Of a stretch of 44,078 nucleotides of DNA, positions 8,638-16,486 are shown piece by piece; position 1 is the first letter of the stretch; each line of letters opens with the position of its first letter. The notes below the pieces were generated by a model. The model was not told the DNA's origin. It was given only the letters and a program-made list of their open reading frames with translations, and ran no database searches. A program made the position numbers and the translations under genes. Source of the stretch: a bacterium (GTDB lineage: Bacteria > Patescibacteriota > Patescibacteriia > UBA2196 > GWA2-42-15); contig DAOOPA010000002.1 of NCBI GenBank assembly GCA_035388025.1, positions 1-44,078 on the forward strand. Direction: 5' to 3'.

Positions 8638-10245
8638 CTAATCACCGGGGATCAGGCGGTAAATCCGGGCCTCGGTGTCTTCATAAACTTTAACACAATT
8701 TGGGTCAGAAGCAAGTTGAGGATCAAGCGCCCGATCGAGCTGGCTGACAAAAATATATTCAGCTTGAAAAGTCTTTTTTATAAGGGCGCATACGTGGCCA
8801 GTTTGCCGACCAGCCGAGACATCACGCCAAAAATAATATTGTTCTTGGTTTTTGAAATACATAAAAGTCGGGTCCAGGCCGATCAAATAACGAGCAGAAT
8901 CATCCCGATAAAAAAGAATGGGAAAGTCGGCCCAATTATCATGAAAGACCAGGGTGCCGGGCGGAGTATTTTTTTTTAACCACGTTCCGGAGGCCAAAAA
9001 TTTATGCCAGCTAAAACCACCGCGCAACGATTCTCGTAGTCCCAAAAAATTGTAAGTAAAAATAATCGGCAAACAAACAAGCAGACAAATAATAATGACA
9101 GTCGTCGGCCAGTGATAACTCGCGAATAACTGTTTTAAACGAGGAATGATTTCTGGCCAAGAGGAAAATACCAGGGCGGAAAAAAATAAAATAAAGGGAA
9201 TGGCATACTCAATATTCCTCTGGGATTTGAGAGCCATAAAAAAGAAAAATAAACTGAGAAAAAAGAGCAACCAGGCGAGTGGACGTTGGCGGCGAAGAAA
9301 CACAAAGAATACCACCAGAGCGAGGAAAAATAAAATCAAAGAGTAGATGTTGTGGCTGATCAGACCAAAAAAATCTGGCGGATACCACTCGCCGCCGACA
9401 TCGACAAGCCCGCGATAATTTTTCAACCCAATCTCGAAAGTCTGTTGCCAGTAAAACTGCAGGTTGGCGGGAAAGTAGGGATTGATAATAAGACCAGCCA
9501 AGAGACCAGAAAAAATACTTAGGGGTAATTTCAAATTTGACCAACAAAATAAATCGGCGAGGAGTAATTTCAGATTTCCGACAGTAATTTTAAATGTATG
9601 ACTGGAGAACCGCTCAAACCAGTTGACTGCACCAGCGGTAATAAAATAAATAAATCCGATTCCTAAAAGTATGGGCCAGCCGCCATAAAGCCAAACATAA
9701 AAAAATGACAAAGCAAAAAGCGGCCAACTCCAGTGTTTGGACGCTTTGGAAATAAAATAGGTGGCTAACAAAAGAAAAATAAGGGATAATGATGGTGCCT
9801 TGGCCAAATTGAGACGAAAAATAAACTGGTCAGAAAATAATAAAACCAGGGTATAAAGCCAAGAATACCTGACTGACAATGCGTCTAAAAGCCACTGGAA
9901 AATAACAATGGCCAAAGCGGCAAAAATAACCGCGGCGATTTTGACTGCCAAAAGAGAAGGTAAAAAATAGGCTAGGGGCAAGACGGCCAAGTGGTACAGA
10001 AAATGATGATCAATAAAAATTTCATTCAGCGTGGTAAAGGGCAACCAAGGGAAATCTGTGACTGGGCCAGAGTCGTGGATTAATTCAATTATTTTGGCAT
10101 GGTAAAAAGAGTCTGGGTCTGGAAAAGATGGTGAATAATTTAACCAAAGAAAATAAATGCTGACCCCTAAAAACAACAGGAAATAAAAAACTAGCCGGTA
10201 TTTCACGGGCTTTGGGGTGGACGGGAAAGAAAGAGGTAATGTCAT
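8638..10245 (-). CDS. Polytopic membrane protein, possible divergent STT3/AglB-like GT-C enzyme
   Basis: 535 aa. DPDSFYH in the first external loop (residues 43-49). After the last TM, WLKKNTPPGTLVFHDNWADF sits where STT3 enzymes carry ...TPxxxxVxSWWDYG. Confidence 0.5.
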   Translation of the reverse strand: MTLPLSFPSTPKPVKYRLVFYFLLFLGVSIYFLWLNYSPSFPDPDSFYHAKIIELIHDSGPVTDFPWLPFTTLNEIFIDHHFLYHLAVLPLAYFLPSLLAVKIAAVIFAALAIVIFQWLLDALSVRYSWLYTLVLLFSDQFIFRLNLAKAPSLSLIFLLLATYFISKASKHWSWPLFALSFFYVWLYGGWPILLGIGFIYFITAGAVNWFERFSSHTFKITVGNLKLLLADLFCWSNLKLPLSIFSGLLAGLIINPYFPANLQFYWQQTFEIGLKNYRGLVDVGGEWYPPDFFGLISHNIYSLILFFLALVVFFVFLRRQRPLAWLLFFLSLFFFFMALKSQRNIEYAIPFILFFSALVFSSWPEIIPRLKQLFASYHWPTTVIIICLLVCLPIIFTYNFLGLRESLRGGFSWHKFLASGTWLKKNTPPGTLVFHDNWADFPILFYRDDSARYLIGLDPTFMYFKNQEQYYFWRDVSAGRQTGHVCALIKKTFQAEYIFVSQLDRALDPQLASDPNCVKVYEDTEARIYRLIPGD

Positions 10246-10251
10246 GTTCTA

Positions 10252-10280
10252 ATTATAACAAAAAAGCCGCGTTTCTTAAA
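10252..10280 (-). promoter_or_regulatory. Candidate promoter with perfect -10 only 6 nt from the ATG (possible leaderless start)
   Basis: The minus strand reads TTTAAG-17 nt-TATAAT-TAGAAC-ATG. There is no SD. Confidence 0.35.
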
Positions 10281-10303
10281 AACACGGCAAGTAAAGTCGG
10301 GGA

Positions 10304-10570
10304 TTATTCACTGAACATCAATGATATTTTGGTTTTAACGCCTTTTAGCTGATCGAGGTCGGTGGCTAGTTTTTTGATTTTATCTTTTTCGCCGGACAAA
10401 ACCAAAACGATAATGCCGAGGCAATGGCGCAAACATGTGGTGTTCGGATTGACACCGAGGCGCGACATAATCAGGCGGCCATTGGCGGTCAAAAGAGAAT
10501 TAACCTTGGCGACGTTAGCCTGACGATCAGTTATAACTATAGAGAGGGTAGCGAGATGAGTTTTTGACAT
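10304..10570 (-). CDS. Small ACT-like regulatory protein (TM1266 / 'iron-only hydrogenase system regulator'-like family)
   Basis: 88 aa. The pattern LSIVITDRQ..VAKVNSLL....RLIMSRLGV......GIIVLVL.G....I..L...L..L.GVK.K resembles that family as I remember it. Confidence 0.45.
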   Translation of the reverse strand: MSKTHLATLSIVITDRQANVAKVNSLLTANGRLIMSRLGVNPNTTCLRHCLGIIVLVLSGEKDKIKKLATDLDQLKGVKTKISLMFSE

Positions 10571-10577
10571 AAATAAA

Positions 10578-11648
10578 TTAATGTCTCAGTTGTTTTTTTA
10601 AATAATCAACATAAGGAATGGCTGACGGATCAGTACCGTTGAGAACCGCTAAATAGAAACTGGCATAGGAACCGAATAAAACCATGGCGAGCGCTTGTTC
10701 TAGCGGGCTATCGCCAGCCACTAAATAATCGGAAAAAGAGAGTTTGTTCTGTTTGACGATGTCGGCGGTAATGATAAAGCGTTTTTGCTGGCGCGAGTTA
10801 TAAAGCCGGGACTTGAGAAACACGAAGTGTAAATTTTTGCGATTGGAACCCGGCCGAGCCAGGCCTTCCAAAAGATGATGGTTAAGTTCGGAAATCAAAA
10901 AGTAGGCAGAAAAATTTTTGGCGCTTTCATTGAACTGGTTGGCCAAAACATGAGCGTTGCCGGATAAAAATTCCGCGGCCACAATAATCGGTATGTGGCC
11001 ATAGAGCTGATCAGCCAGTTGTTTGGCGTCATTGTGGTTTAGAGAAGTTTTGGGGACCAATTCTTTGGCCAAGCGATCAAGGCGCTCAATAATCCGGTGA
11101 ACTTCTTGATCATTAACTTTAATAAAACCCAGGCGCGACAATAAACCCAAAATGCCCATTAGGGAATAACCAAGGCCGATGCGCGGTTGGGCGCAAGGAT
11201 TGTATTGGGGGACAAAAACATAACCAGGAAATTGGCTAGCTTCAATCAATTCAGCCAGCTCTCCCCCGGACGTGATGCCAAGCAGTTTGGCGCCGCGCTG
11301 TTGGGCTTCCTTGATGGTATTCAATGGCTCTTCGGTGGTACCGGAATAACTGGAAATAATATAGAGAGTCTGCTTGTCCACCAACCCGGGCAGGTCATAG
11401 CTGTGAATATTACCAAGCGGCAATTTGAGATCTTTAAAATAGACCGAACGGATCAAATGCGTGCCCAGGCCTGACCCGCCCATGCCATTAATCACAATCT
11501 TATTAACTTTCTTGTAGGCGGGTGGCAATTTGATCTTTTTTGTTTCCTGCCAGGCCTGTTCGAGCTGTCTCGGGAAAAGAGCGACGGACTCGAGCATATT
11601 TTCTCTATCTAACCGACCAATGGCGGCAAGATTATCTAATTGATGCAT
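10578..11648 (-). CDS. Bifunctional phosphoglucose/phosphomannose isomerase (SIS domain)
   Basis: 356 aa. INGMGGSGLG and ISSYSGTTEE SIS motifs; size and C-terminal region are typical of the archaeal/bacterial PGI/PMI family. Confidence 0.85.
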   Translation of the reverse strand: MHQLDNLAAIGRLDRENMLESVALFPRQLEQAWQETKKIKLPPAYKKVNKIVINGMGGSGLGTHLIRSVYFKDLKLPLGNIHSYDLPGLVDKQTLYIISSYSGTTEEPLNTIKEAQQRGAKLLGITSGGELAELIEASQFPGYVFVPQYNPCAQPRIGLGYSLMGILGLLSRLGFIKVNDQEVHRIIERLDRLAKELVPKTSLNHNDAKQLADQLYGHIPIIVAAEFLSGNAHVLANQFNESAKNFSAYFLISELNHHLLEGLARPGSNRKNLHFVFLKSRLYNSRQQKRFIITADIVKQNKLSFSDYLVAGDSPLEQALAMVLFGSYASFYLAVLNGTDPSAIPYVDYLKKQLRH

Positions 11649-11687
11649 AGTGGTAAAAATAAATAATTTATACTGGTGTTATCCACG

Positions 11688-11769
11688 AGGATATTAAATA
11701 TTGAGATATTGAATATTCCTTTCTAACCGAGTCGGCCTTAATATTCAATATTTAATATTCAATATCTTG
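11688..11769. repeat. 82 bp imperfect palindrome built from AATATT units around a GC-rich centre
   Basis: Left arm AGGATATTAAATATTGAGATATTGAATATT. Right arm AATATTCAATATTTAATATTCAATATCTT. About 28 pairs with one bulge and one mismatch. The centre carries the mini-hairpin CCGAGTCGG. Confidence 0.75.
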
Positions 11770-11818
11770 ACGGGTAAGCCACCAATTAATTTTTAACTCT
11801 TGCTTTATAATTATTGTA

Positions 11819-12406
11819 TCATCTTCTGACAATAATATACACTTCAAAGCTCCTATCTCGGCTGGCTTTGGGCTTGTAGACTTCCACGCGACTGAATTGG
11901 CTTTTCAGCTCTTTCACAAAAGCATCAAAATCACTGCCCTGAAAAACCTTAATCACCAATGTTCCACGCGGAGCGAGAACCTTTTCAGCCAAAAACACAA
12001 CTTGACGACCCAAGTCGAGCGAACGGAAATGATCCAGCGATTTTTCGCCAGAAGTAGCCGGGGCCAAATCAGAGATGATAATCGGGAATGGCGCGGGGTG
12101 ATATTTGGTAATTAGTTTTTCCGCTTCGGGCGATAAAATATCCACGGCGAATGTCTGGATATTTTTAGCGATCGGTTTAATCGGCTGTAAGTCCAAACCG
12201 ATAAGAGTGGCTTTCGGACCAACAATTTTACTGGCATACTGGAGCCAGCTGCCTGGCGCGGCGCCGAGATCCAAAACGTCCAAGCCGGATTTTAGAAAAT
12301 GAAATTTATTTTGGATTTCTTCCAATTTAAAAGCGCTTCTGGCGCGGTAGCCAAGAGCTTTGGCTTTTTTGAAATATTGATCTTGAGGGTTAAAATTTTT
12401 GGGCAT
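11819..12406 (-). CDS. rlmE: 23S rRNA (uridine2552-2'-O)-methyltransferase RlmE/FtsJ
   Basis: YRARSAFKLEEI, DLGAAPGSWLQY, ISDLAP motifs. Start set at ATG 12406 (MPKNF...) because a TATAAT box lies at 12460-12465. Confidence 0.9.
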   Translation of the reverse strand: MPKNFNPQDQYFKKAKALGYRARSAFKLEEIQNKFHFLKSGLDVLDLGAAPGSWLQYASKIVGPKATLIGLDLQPIKPIAKNIQTFAVDILSPEAEKLITKYHPAPFPIIISDLAPATSGEKSLDHFRSLDLGRQVVFLAEKVLAPRGTLVIKVFQGSDFDAFVKELKSQFSRVEVYKPKASRDRSFEVYIIVRR

Positions 12407-12459
12407 AAGACATGAATTTATCCTGAGCGGAGCGAAGGACCCCATGGAAACACGCGCTA

Positions 12460-12486
12460 ATTATAATCTATACAATCGGGTATCAA
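12460..12486 (-). promoter_or_regulatory. Candidate promoter of rlmE
   Basis: The minus strand reads TTGATA-15 nt-TATAAT. The spacer is short, so the -35 assignment is uncertain. Confidence 0.4.
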
Positions 12487-12568
12487 GATGGGATCTTTCC
12501 CCCGCAGTAGCGGGGTCAAGATAAACTGTTAATATACACTTTAATACTAACCCAAAAAGGTTTTTTAG

Positions 12569-12607
12569 ACAAAAAAATACCCCTCGCGATCTCCAGTCGT
12601 GAGGGGG
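12569..12607 (-). terminator. Rho-independent terminator of the 12614..14306 operon
   Basis: Minus strand: CCCCTCACG-(9 nt loop)-CGCGAGGGG (9 bp including one G.U), followed by TATTTTTTT. Confidence 0.7.
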
Positions 12608-12613
12608 TAAAGT

Positions 12614-13210
12614 TTAGAAATTAACTGTCATCTCCATCCGCAGTGAACGCTTTTCTTTAACTTCCTTATTCAGGTTTAAGAAGAAAAGCAGGTTCAACTT
12701 AGGATGGAGATTAAACTGATATATTGGCCCGACCAAATTGGACCAATCCTTAAGCCAAGTGCTCTCAATACGCAGACCAAAATTACAAAAAGTAATCTGG
12801 TCTTTTGTATAGAAGCTCTTGGTTTTGGATTCAACCAGAGGCCAGGAATAATAAGACAATGAGCTCACCTTTAGCGACCCGCTTGAGGCCAAAAAGATAT
12901 TCCAAAGTCTTACTTCCCCTGCCTCTATTCCATCTGAATCTTCTACCGAACAAAGAGTCAGAGGGTTAAAAAGACAACCCTTAACTCCATGCCCGTTGAT
13001 CCAGATATTCGGTCCGACTCCGGCTTGAATCCCACTTTGCGGTATTATAGCCCAAAAACCAGAACGCTCCCGCAAATGGAATACAATTGCCGAAACACTG
13101 TTCTTTCCGCCGCTTGTGGCGACGTTAAATTTAACAGTGTTGGCCGGGTCTTTGGCGCTAGCTACAGCAAACAGTGCCAACAAGATGATCAAAAATATTT
13201 TGGTTCTCAT
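12614..13210 (-). CDS. Secreted hypothetical protein (signal peptide, beta-rich)
   Basis: MRTKIFLIILLALFAVASA|KD signal peptide. AGGAG sits 6 nt upstream of the ATG. C-terminus ...LRMEMTVNF. No family recognised. Confidence 0.65.
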   Translation of the reverse strand: MRTKIFLIILLALFAVASAKDPANTVKFNVATSGGKNSVSAIVFHLRERSGFWAIIPQSGIQAGVGPNIWINGHGVKGCLFNPLTLCSVEDSDGIEAGEVRLWNIFLASSGSLKVSSLSYYSWPLVESKTKSFYTKDQITFCNFGLRIESTWLKDWSNLVGPIYQFNLHPKLNLLFFLNLNKEVKEKRSLRMEMTVNF

Positions 13211-14306
13211 AATTAACTCCTGTGATTTTTTTTGTCCAAGTTTTTAGTGAATTACTAACAAGGACAAAATCAGCAGGAGCGCGAGAACCAAGAGCTCTGG
13301 TGATCCAAAAACGCATTTCATCTGGTGGCCGAGCCCACAGACCCCAGATAAATTCCAAAGGTGGTGAGAAAAATTGAGTGATCATGAAAGAGAACGTTTT
13401 GTAGACAACAGTCTCAATCCCTATCATGATTTCCTCAAAAACTCTCCGCAAAAATCCAACAACTTTTTCCGGGAAAAAAACCATGGGTTCGTTGGATTCT
13501 TTCTCTTGTTGATTAACAATGGCAGCAGCCGGGACAAGACTAACGATTTTTGTCTCGACGACCATCTGGGCCTGCGACTTAGCTGGGCGAATCAAGGTGG
13601 CCAAGGAAACAATAATGGCGACCAAATACGCCAGAGCTAAACGCCAACCATGCGCCCCAATCTTGTCCTTCCAGATTTTTAATTGAGAATCAATTCTTTT
13701 CTGGAGGAAATTGTTAGGGGTATAAACCCGGAAAGCAAACGTACCGGTTAGATGACATAAAATAATAACCACTACGTCGCCAAATGAAAATTGCCAGGGC
13801 CTGCTATAATACCACCTTTTAATCAAAATAAGCAGTATTATAAAAGGGAGGAAGTTAATCGGAAAAATCCAGACAAAAAATAAAGCGACCTTTTTACAGT
13901 CAAAACTGTCGATCCATCCTTTTTGCGCCGGCACCCCGTCAAGATGGTGACCGACTGGAGTTGTTGTTGCAGCTATATAGCGTGGGTCAATTTTGCTATA
14001 TGCGGCAACCAAAGATCGAGACAAAGCGGAAACACTATCCCTTTCTTGATGATAGCCAGTGAAAAGGATCCAAGCGTTGTTGATTACTACCTGGCCGCTT
14101 CGAAAGTCAACCACCGTACAACTCTGATTTTTTATCTTCCCCATGGTTTCGGCATACGCCTTGCAAGCAGCCGACAATTCCCTAGCCCTTTGTTTCTGTG
14201 TTACCTTTACGGGAAAATCTTTGAGGCATGACAAAAGAAAGCCACCCCTCAAGATAATAAATAACACAAAAACAGAAACGATTGATATTTTTTGCCAAAC
14301 CTTCAA
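13158..14306 (-). CDS. Hypothetical membrane protein
   Basis: ORF 13158..14315. TTG 14306 is preferred because AGGAGG (14320-14315) abuts the GTG but lies 8 nt from the TTG. N-terminal TM, soluble domain of about 120 aa, further TM segments. Its 3' end overlaps the downstream gene by 53 nt. Confidence 0.6.
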   Translation of the reverse strand: MKVWQKISIVSVFVLFIILRGGFLLSCLKDFPVKVTQKQRARELSAACKAYAETMGKIKNQSCTVVDFRSGQVVINNAWILFTGYHQERDSVSALSRSLVAAYSKIDPRYIAATTTPVGHHLDGVPAQKGWIDSFDCKKVALFFVWIFPINFLPFIILLILIKRWYYSRPWQFSFGDVVVIILCHLTGTFAFRVYTPNNFLQKRIDSQLKIWKDKIGAHGWRLALAYLVAIIVSLATLIRPAKSQAQMVVETKIVSLVPAAAIVNQQEKESNEPMVFFPEKVVGFLRRVFEEIMIGIETVVYKTFSFMITQFFSPPLEFIWGLWARPPDEMRFWITRALGSRAPADFVLVSNSLKTWTKKITGVNYENQNIFDHLVGTVCCS

Positions 14307-14365
14307 AGAAATCACCTCCTTCAGGTATTCTTTTTTTAAGACGAACGTTTATTTTTATTCCTATA

Positions 14366-14394
14366 ATTATTACATAAAAATCAATTTTTGTCAA
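14366..14394 (-). promoter_or_regulatory. Candidate sigma70-type promoter of the 14306..12614 operon
   Basis: The minus strand reads TTGACA-17 nt-AATAAT, upstream of the AGGAGG RBS. Confidence 0.5.
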
Positions 14395-14434
14395 TATTTT
14401 GCTTAAAAAACCTAAAAGTAATATACTTTTAGAT

Positions 14435-15490
14435 ATGGAAATCCTGACTGATTATCAAAACAAAGAAGAGTGGGACAAGTTTGTGGCGGAGAACACTAGC
14501 CCGTCGAGTTTTTTGCAATCTTTTGAGTGGGGTGAATTTAACAAAGAAGCTCTGGGCTACACCCTAACACGCTGGGTGGTCCAAGAAGATGAAAAGCTCC
14601 GGGTAGTGGCTCAAGGGATCAACAAGTCGTTGCCCGGTGACAATCAATATATTTACTGCCCCCGCGGACTAGTCTGGCATAAAGACTATTCGGACCAACG
14701 AGCCTTGGCTTATAGCGAAATCGTCAAAAAACTCTGGGCCACAGAACAAGACAAAATATTTTTGCGCGTTTGTCCGCCGTATGAGTACAAGGATTATATA
14801 GTCGGTTTTATCAAGCGATTGGGATTTAAAAAACCAAAAATTTTGATTCATAGCCAGGAACCGGAAAGTACAATTTTGGTTGATTTGACCAAAAGTGAGG
14901 AAGAACTACTAGGGGCGATGCACCAAAAAACCAGATACAATATCCGGCTGGCGGAAAAGAAGGGAATACAGGTCAGAACAATGAGCGCTGATTCAATGAC
15001 TCGAGATATAGAAATATTTTATCGGTTGAGCCAGGAGACGGCCAAGAGAAATGGGATAAAGATTTATGACAAGAGTTATTATGAAAAATTGATCGGTTAT
15101 TTCGGGACGGGTGACAAGAATGTCAAACTGAAATTGTATTTTGCCTTGCAAGAGGGCAAACCATTGGCGACAATTCTCGCGATTTATTTTGGCGACACGG
15201 CGACCTACCTACACGGCGCTTCGGCTAATGAGGGACGAGAATTGATGGCCAATTATCTCCTGCAATGGAATGTGATAAAAGACGCCAAGCGTGACGGTTT
15301 TAAAATCTATGACCTGTGGGGCGCGAGTGAAAACAACGACGCCTGGGCTGGTATCACCCGATTCAAAAAAGGTTTTGGCGGCCAAGAATATCGTTTTTTG
15401 GGGGCGTGGGACTATGTTTTGAGGCCGGGGTGGTATAACTCCTTAAAAATAATGAGGGGGTTAAATCGAGTTAAAAAATTGTTTAATTAA
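14435..15490 (+). CDS. FemAB-family peptidoglycan bridge-forming aminoacyltransferase (FemX-like)
   Basis: FLQSFEWGEF, RYNIRLAEKKG, YLHGASANEGRELMANYLLQW, RFKKGFGG are typical FemAB motifs. First ATG at 14435. Confidence 0.85.
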   Translation: MEILTDYQNKEEWDKFVAENTSPSSFLQSFEWGEFNKEALGYTLTRWVVQEDEKLRVVAQGINKSLPGDNQYIYCPRGLVWHKDYSDQRALAYSEIVKKLWATEQDKIFLRVCPPYEYKDYIVGFIKRLGFKKPKILIHSQEPESTILVDLTKSEEELLGAMHQKTRYNIRLAEKKGIQVRTMSADSMTRDIEIFYRLSQETAKRNGIKIYDKSYYEKLIGYFGTGDKNVKLKLYFALQEGKPLATILAIYFGDTATYLHGASANEGRELMANYLLQWNVIKDAKRDGFKIYDLWGASENNDAWAGITRFKKGFGGQEYRFLGAWDYVLRPGWYNSLKIMRGLNRVKKLFN

Positions 15491-15518
15491 CCCGTTAACT
15501 CATTAACGCGTTAACGGG
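15491..15518 (+). other. 9 bp perfect hairpin directly after the femAB-like stop codon (no T-run)
   Basis: CCCGTTAAC-(10 nt)-GTTAACGGG. TTAAC occurs three times. Confidence 0.5.
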
Positions 15519-15540
15519 CTAGCGGGTTTGAAAAAACATT

Positions 15541-16290
15541 ATGATAAAAAAGGTGGTAGTTATGGCCGCGGGCAAAGGCACGAGAATGCTCGAGCTCTCA
15601 GCAGACAAACCAAAACATCTAATTGACGTGAAAGACCGTCCTTTTTTGTATTATTCGTTAAATAACATCAAAGCGGCTGGTTTTGCGGAAATCATCTTGG
15701 TGGTGGGTCATAAGAAAGAAAAAATGGCAGAATTTGCCCAAAAATATGCTGGGGAATTTAGCTTGAAGCTGGTGGATCAATTTGAAAAAATGGGCGCGGA
15801 AAAATATGGCACCGCTATGCCTATTGCCGCCGTGGAAGAATCAATCGACGGAGAAAATTTTGTGGTGATCAATGGCGATGATCTCTACGCGGTAGAAGAT
15901 CTGACGAGAATGAAAGAGTTGGACGACGAATTTTGCTACGCTGGTGGCATGACAACTGACGATCCGTCGCCTTATGGACTATTTAAAACCGATGGTAATA
16001 GTTTTTTAGAAAGAATAGTAGAAAAACCCAAACCGGATATTGATTTTGACGCGAGCCGCCCCAGAGATTACACGGTCAATATCGGCATGTACAAATTCAC
16101 GCCGGAAATTTTCGCGGCGATAAAAAATATTGGGCTCTCCCCGCGGGGCGAATATGAATTGACTGACGCGGTCAGTACTTTGGCCAAAGAGAAAAAAGTG
16201 AAGACGGTGCCAGTGACCGGCAAATGGAAAAGCTTTACCAATCCGGATGATGTGAAGAGGATGGAAGATTTCCTACAAATTATGAATTGA
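15541..16290 (+). CDS. Sugar-1-phosphate nucleotidyltransferase (NTP_transferase fold)
   Basis: VVMAAGKGTRM...KPKHL N-terminal signature, INGDDLY. Size is typical of a single-domain nucleotidyltransferase. Sugar and nucleotide specificity not determinable. Confidence 0.8.
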   Translation: MIKKVVVMAAGKGTRMLELSADKPKHLIDVKDRPFLYYSLNNIKAAGFAEIILVVGHKKEKMAEFAQKYAGEFSLKLVDQFEKMGAEKYGTAMPIAAVEESIDGENFVVINGDDLYAVEDLTRMKELDDEFCYAGGMTTDDPSPYGLFKTDGNSFLERIVEKPKPDIDFDASRPRDYTVNIGMYKFTPEIFAAIKNIGLSPRGEYELTDAVSTLAKEKKVKTVPVTGKWKSFTNPDDVKRMEDFLQIMN

Positions 16291-16317
16291 TTACAAATAT
16301 ACAAATATTTTTTTGTT

Positions 16318-16361
16318 GGCTCCAAGTTGCCTGCCCGCCGAAGTGGAGGGTACTTGGAGCC
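16318..16361 (+). other. GC-rich 10 bp hairpin with 24 nt loop
   Basis: GGCTCCAAGT-(24 nt)-ACTTGGAGCC, perfect stem, not followed by a T-run. Confidence 0.5.
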
Positions 16362-16397
16362 TGATGATTAAATTGCCCAAGCCAACTAATTTTATTA

Positions 16398-16430
16398 AAG
16401 GCGGCATTCCTGAATGTCGCCTTTATTTAT
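16398..16430 (+). terminator. Terminator-like hairpin
   Basis: AAGGCG-(14 nt)-CGCCTT followed by TATTTAT. Confidence 0.5.
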
Positions 16431-16433
16431 ATA

Positions 16434-16469
16434 ATTAAAAGCCTGAGGACGATGTCTCGGGCTTTTGTG
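16434..16469 (+). terminator. Terminator hairpin, copy 1 of a diverged direct repeat
   Basis: ATTAAAAGCCTGAGGACGATGTCTCGGGCTTTTGTG; stem GCCTGAG/CTCGGGC. Compare copy 2 at 17587-17621. Confidence 0.6.
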
Positions 16470-16486
16470 ATAACTATCTAAGTATG

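Noticed and set aside
11679-11687. DnaA-box-like TTATCCACG beside the AT-rich palindrome. Other TTATCCAC 8-mers occur at 27669-27676 and 34250-34257 (reverse strand).
   Set aside because: These are single, scattered 8/9 matches at about the frequency expected by chance in 44 kb of AT-rich DNA. There is no cluster and no dnaA/dnaN nearby, so there is no support for an origin.
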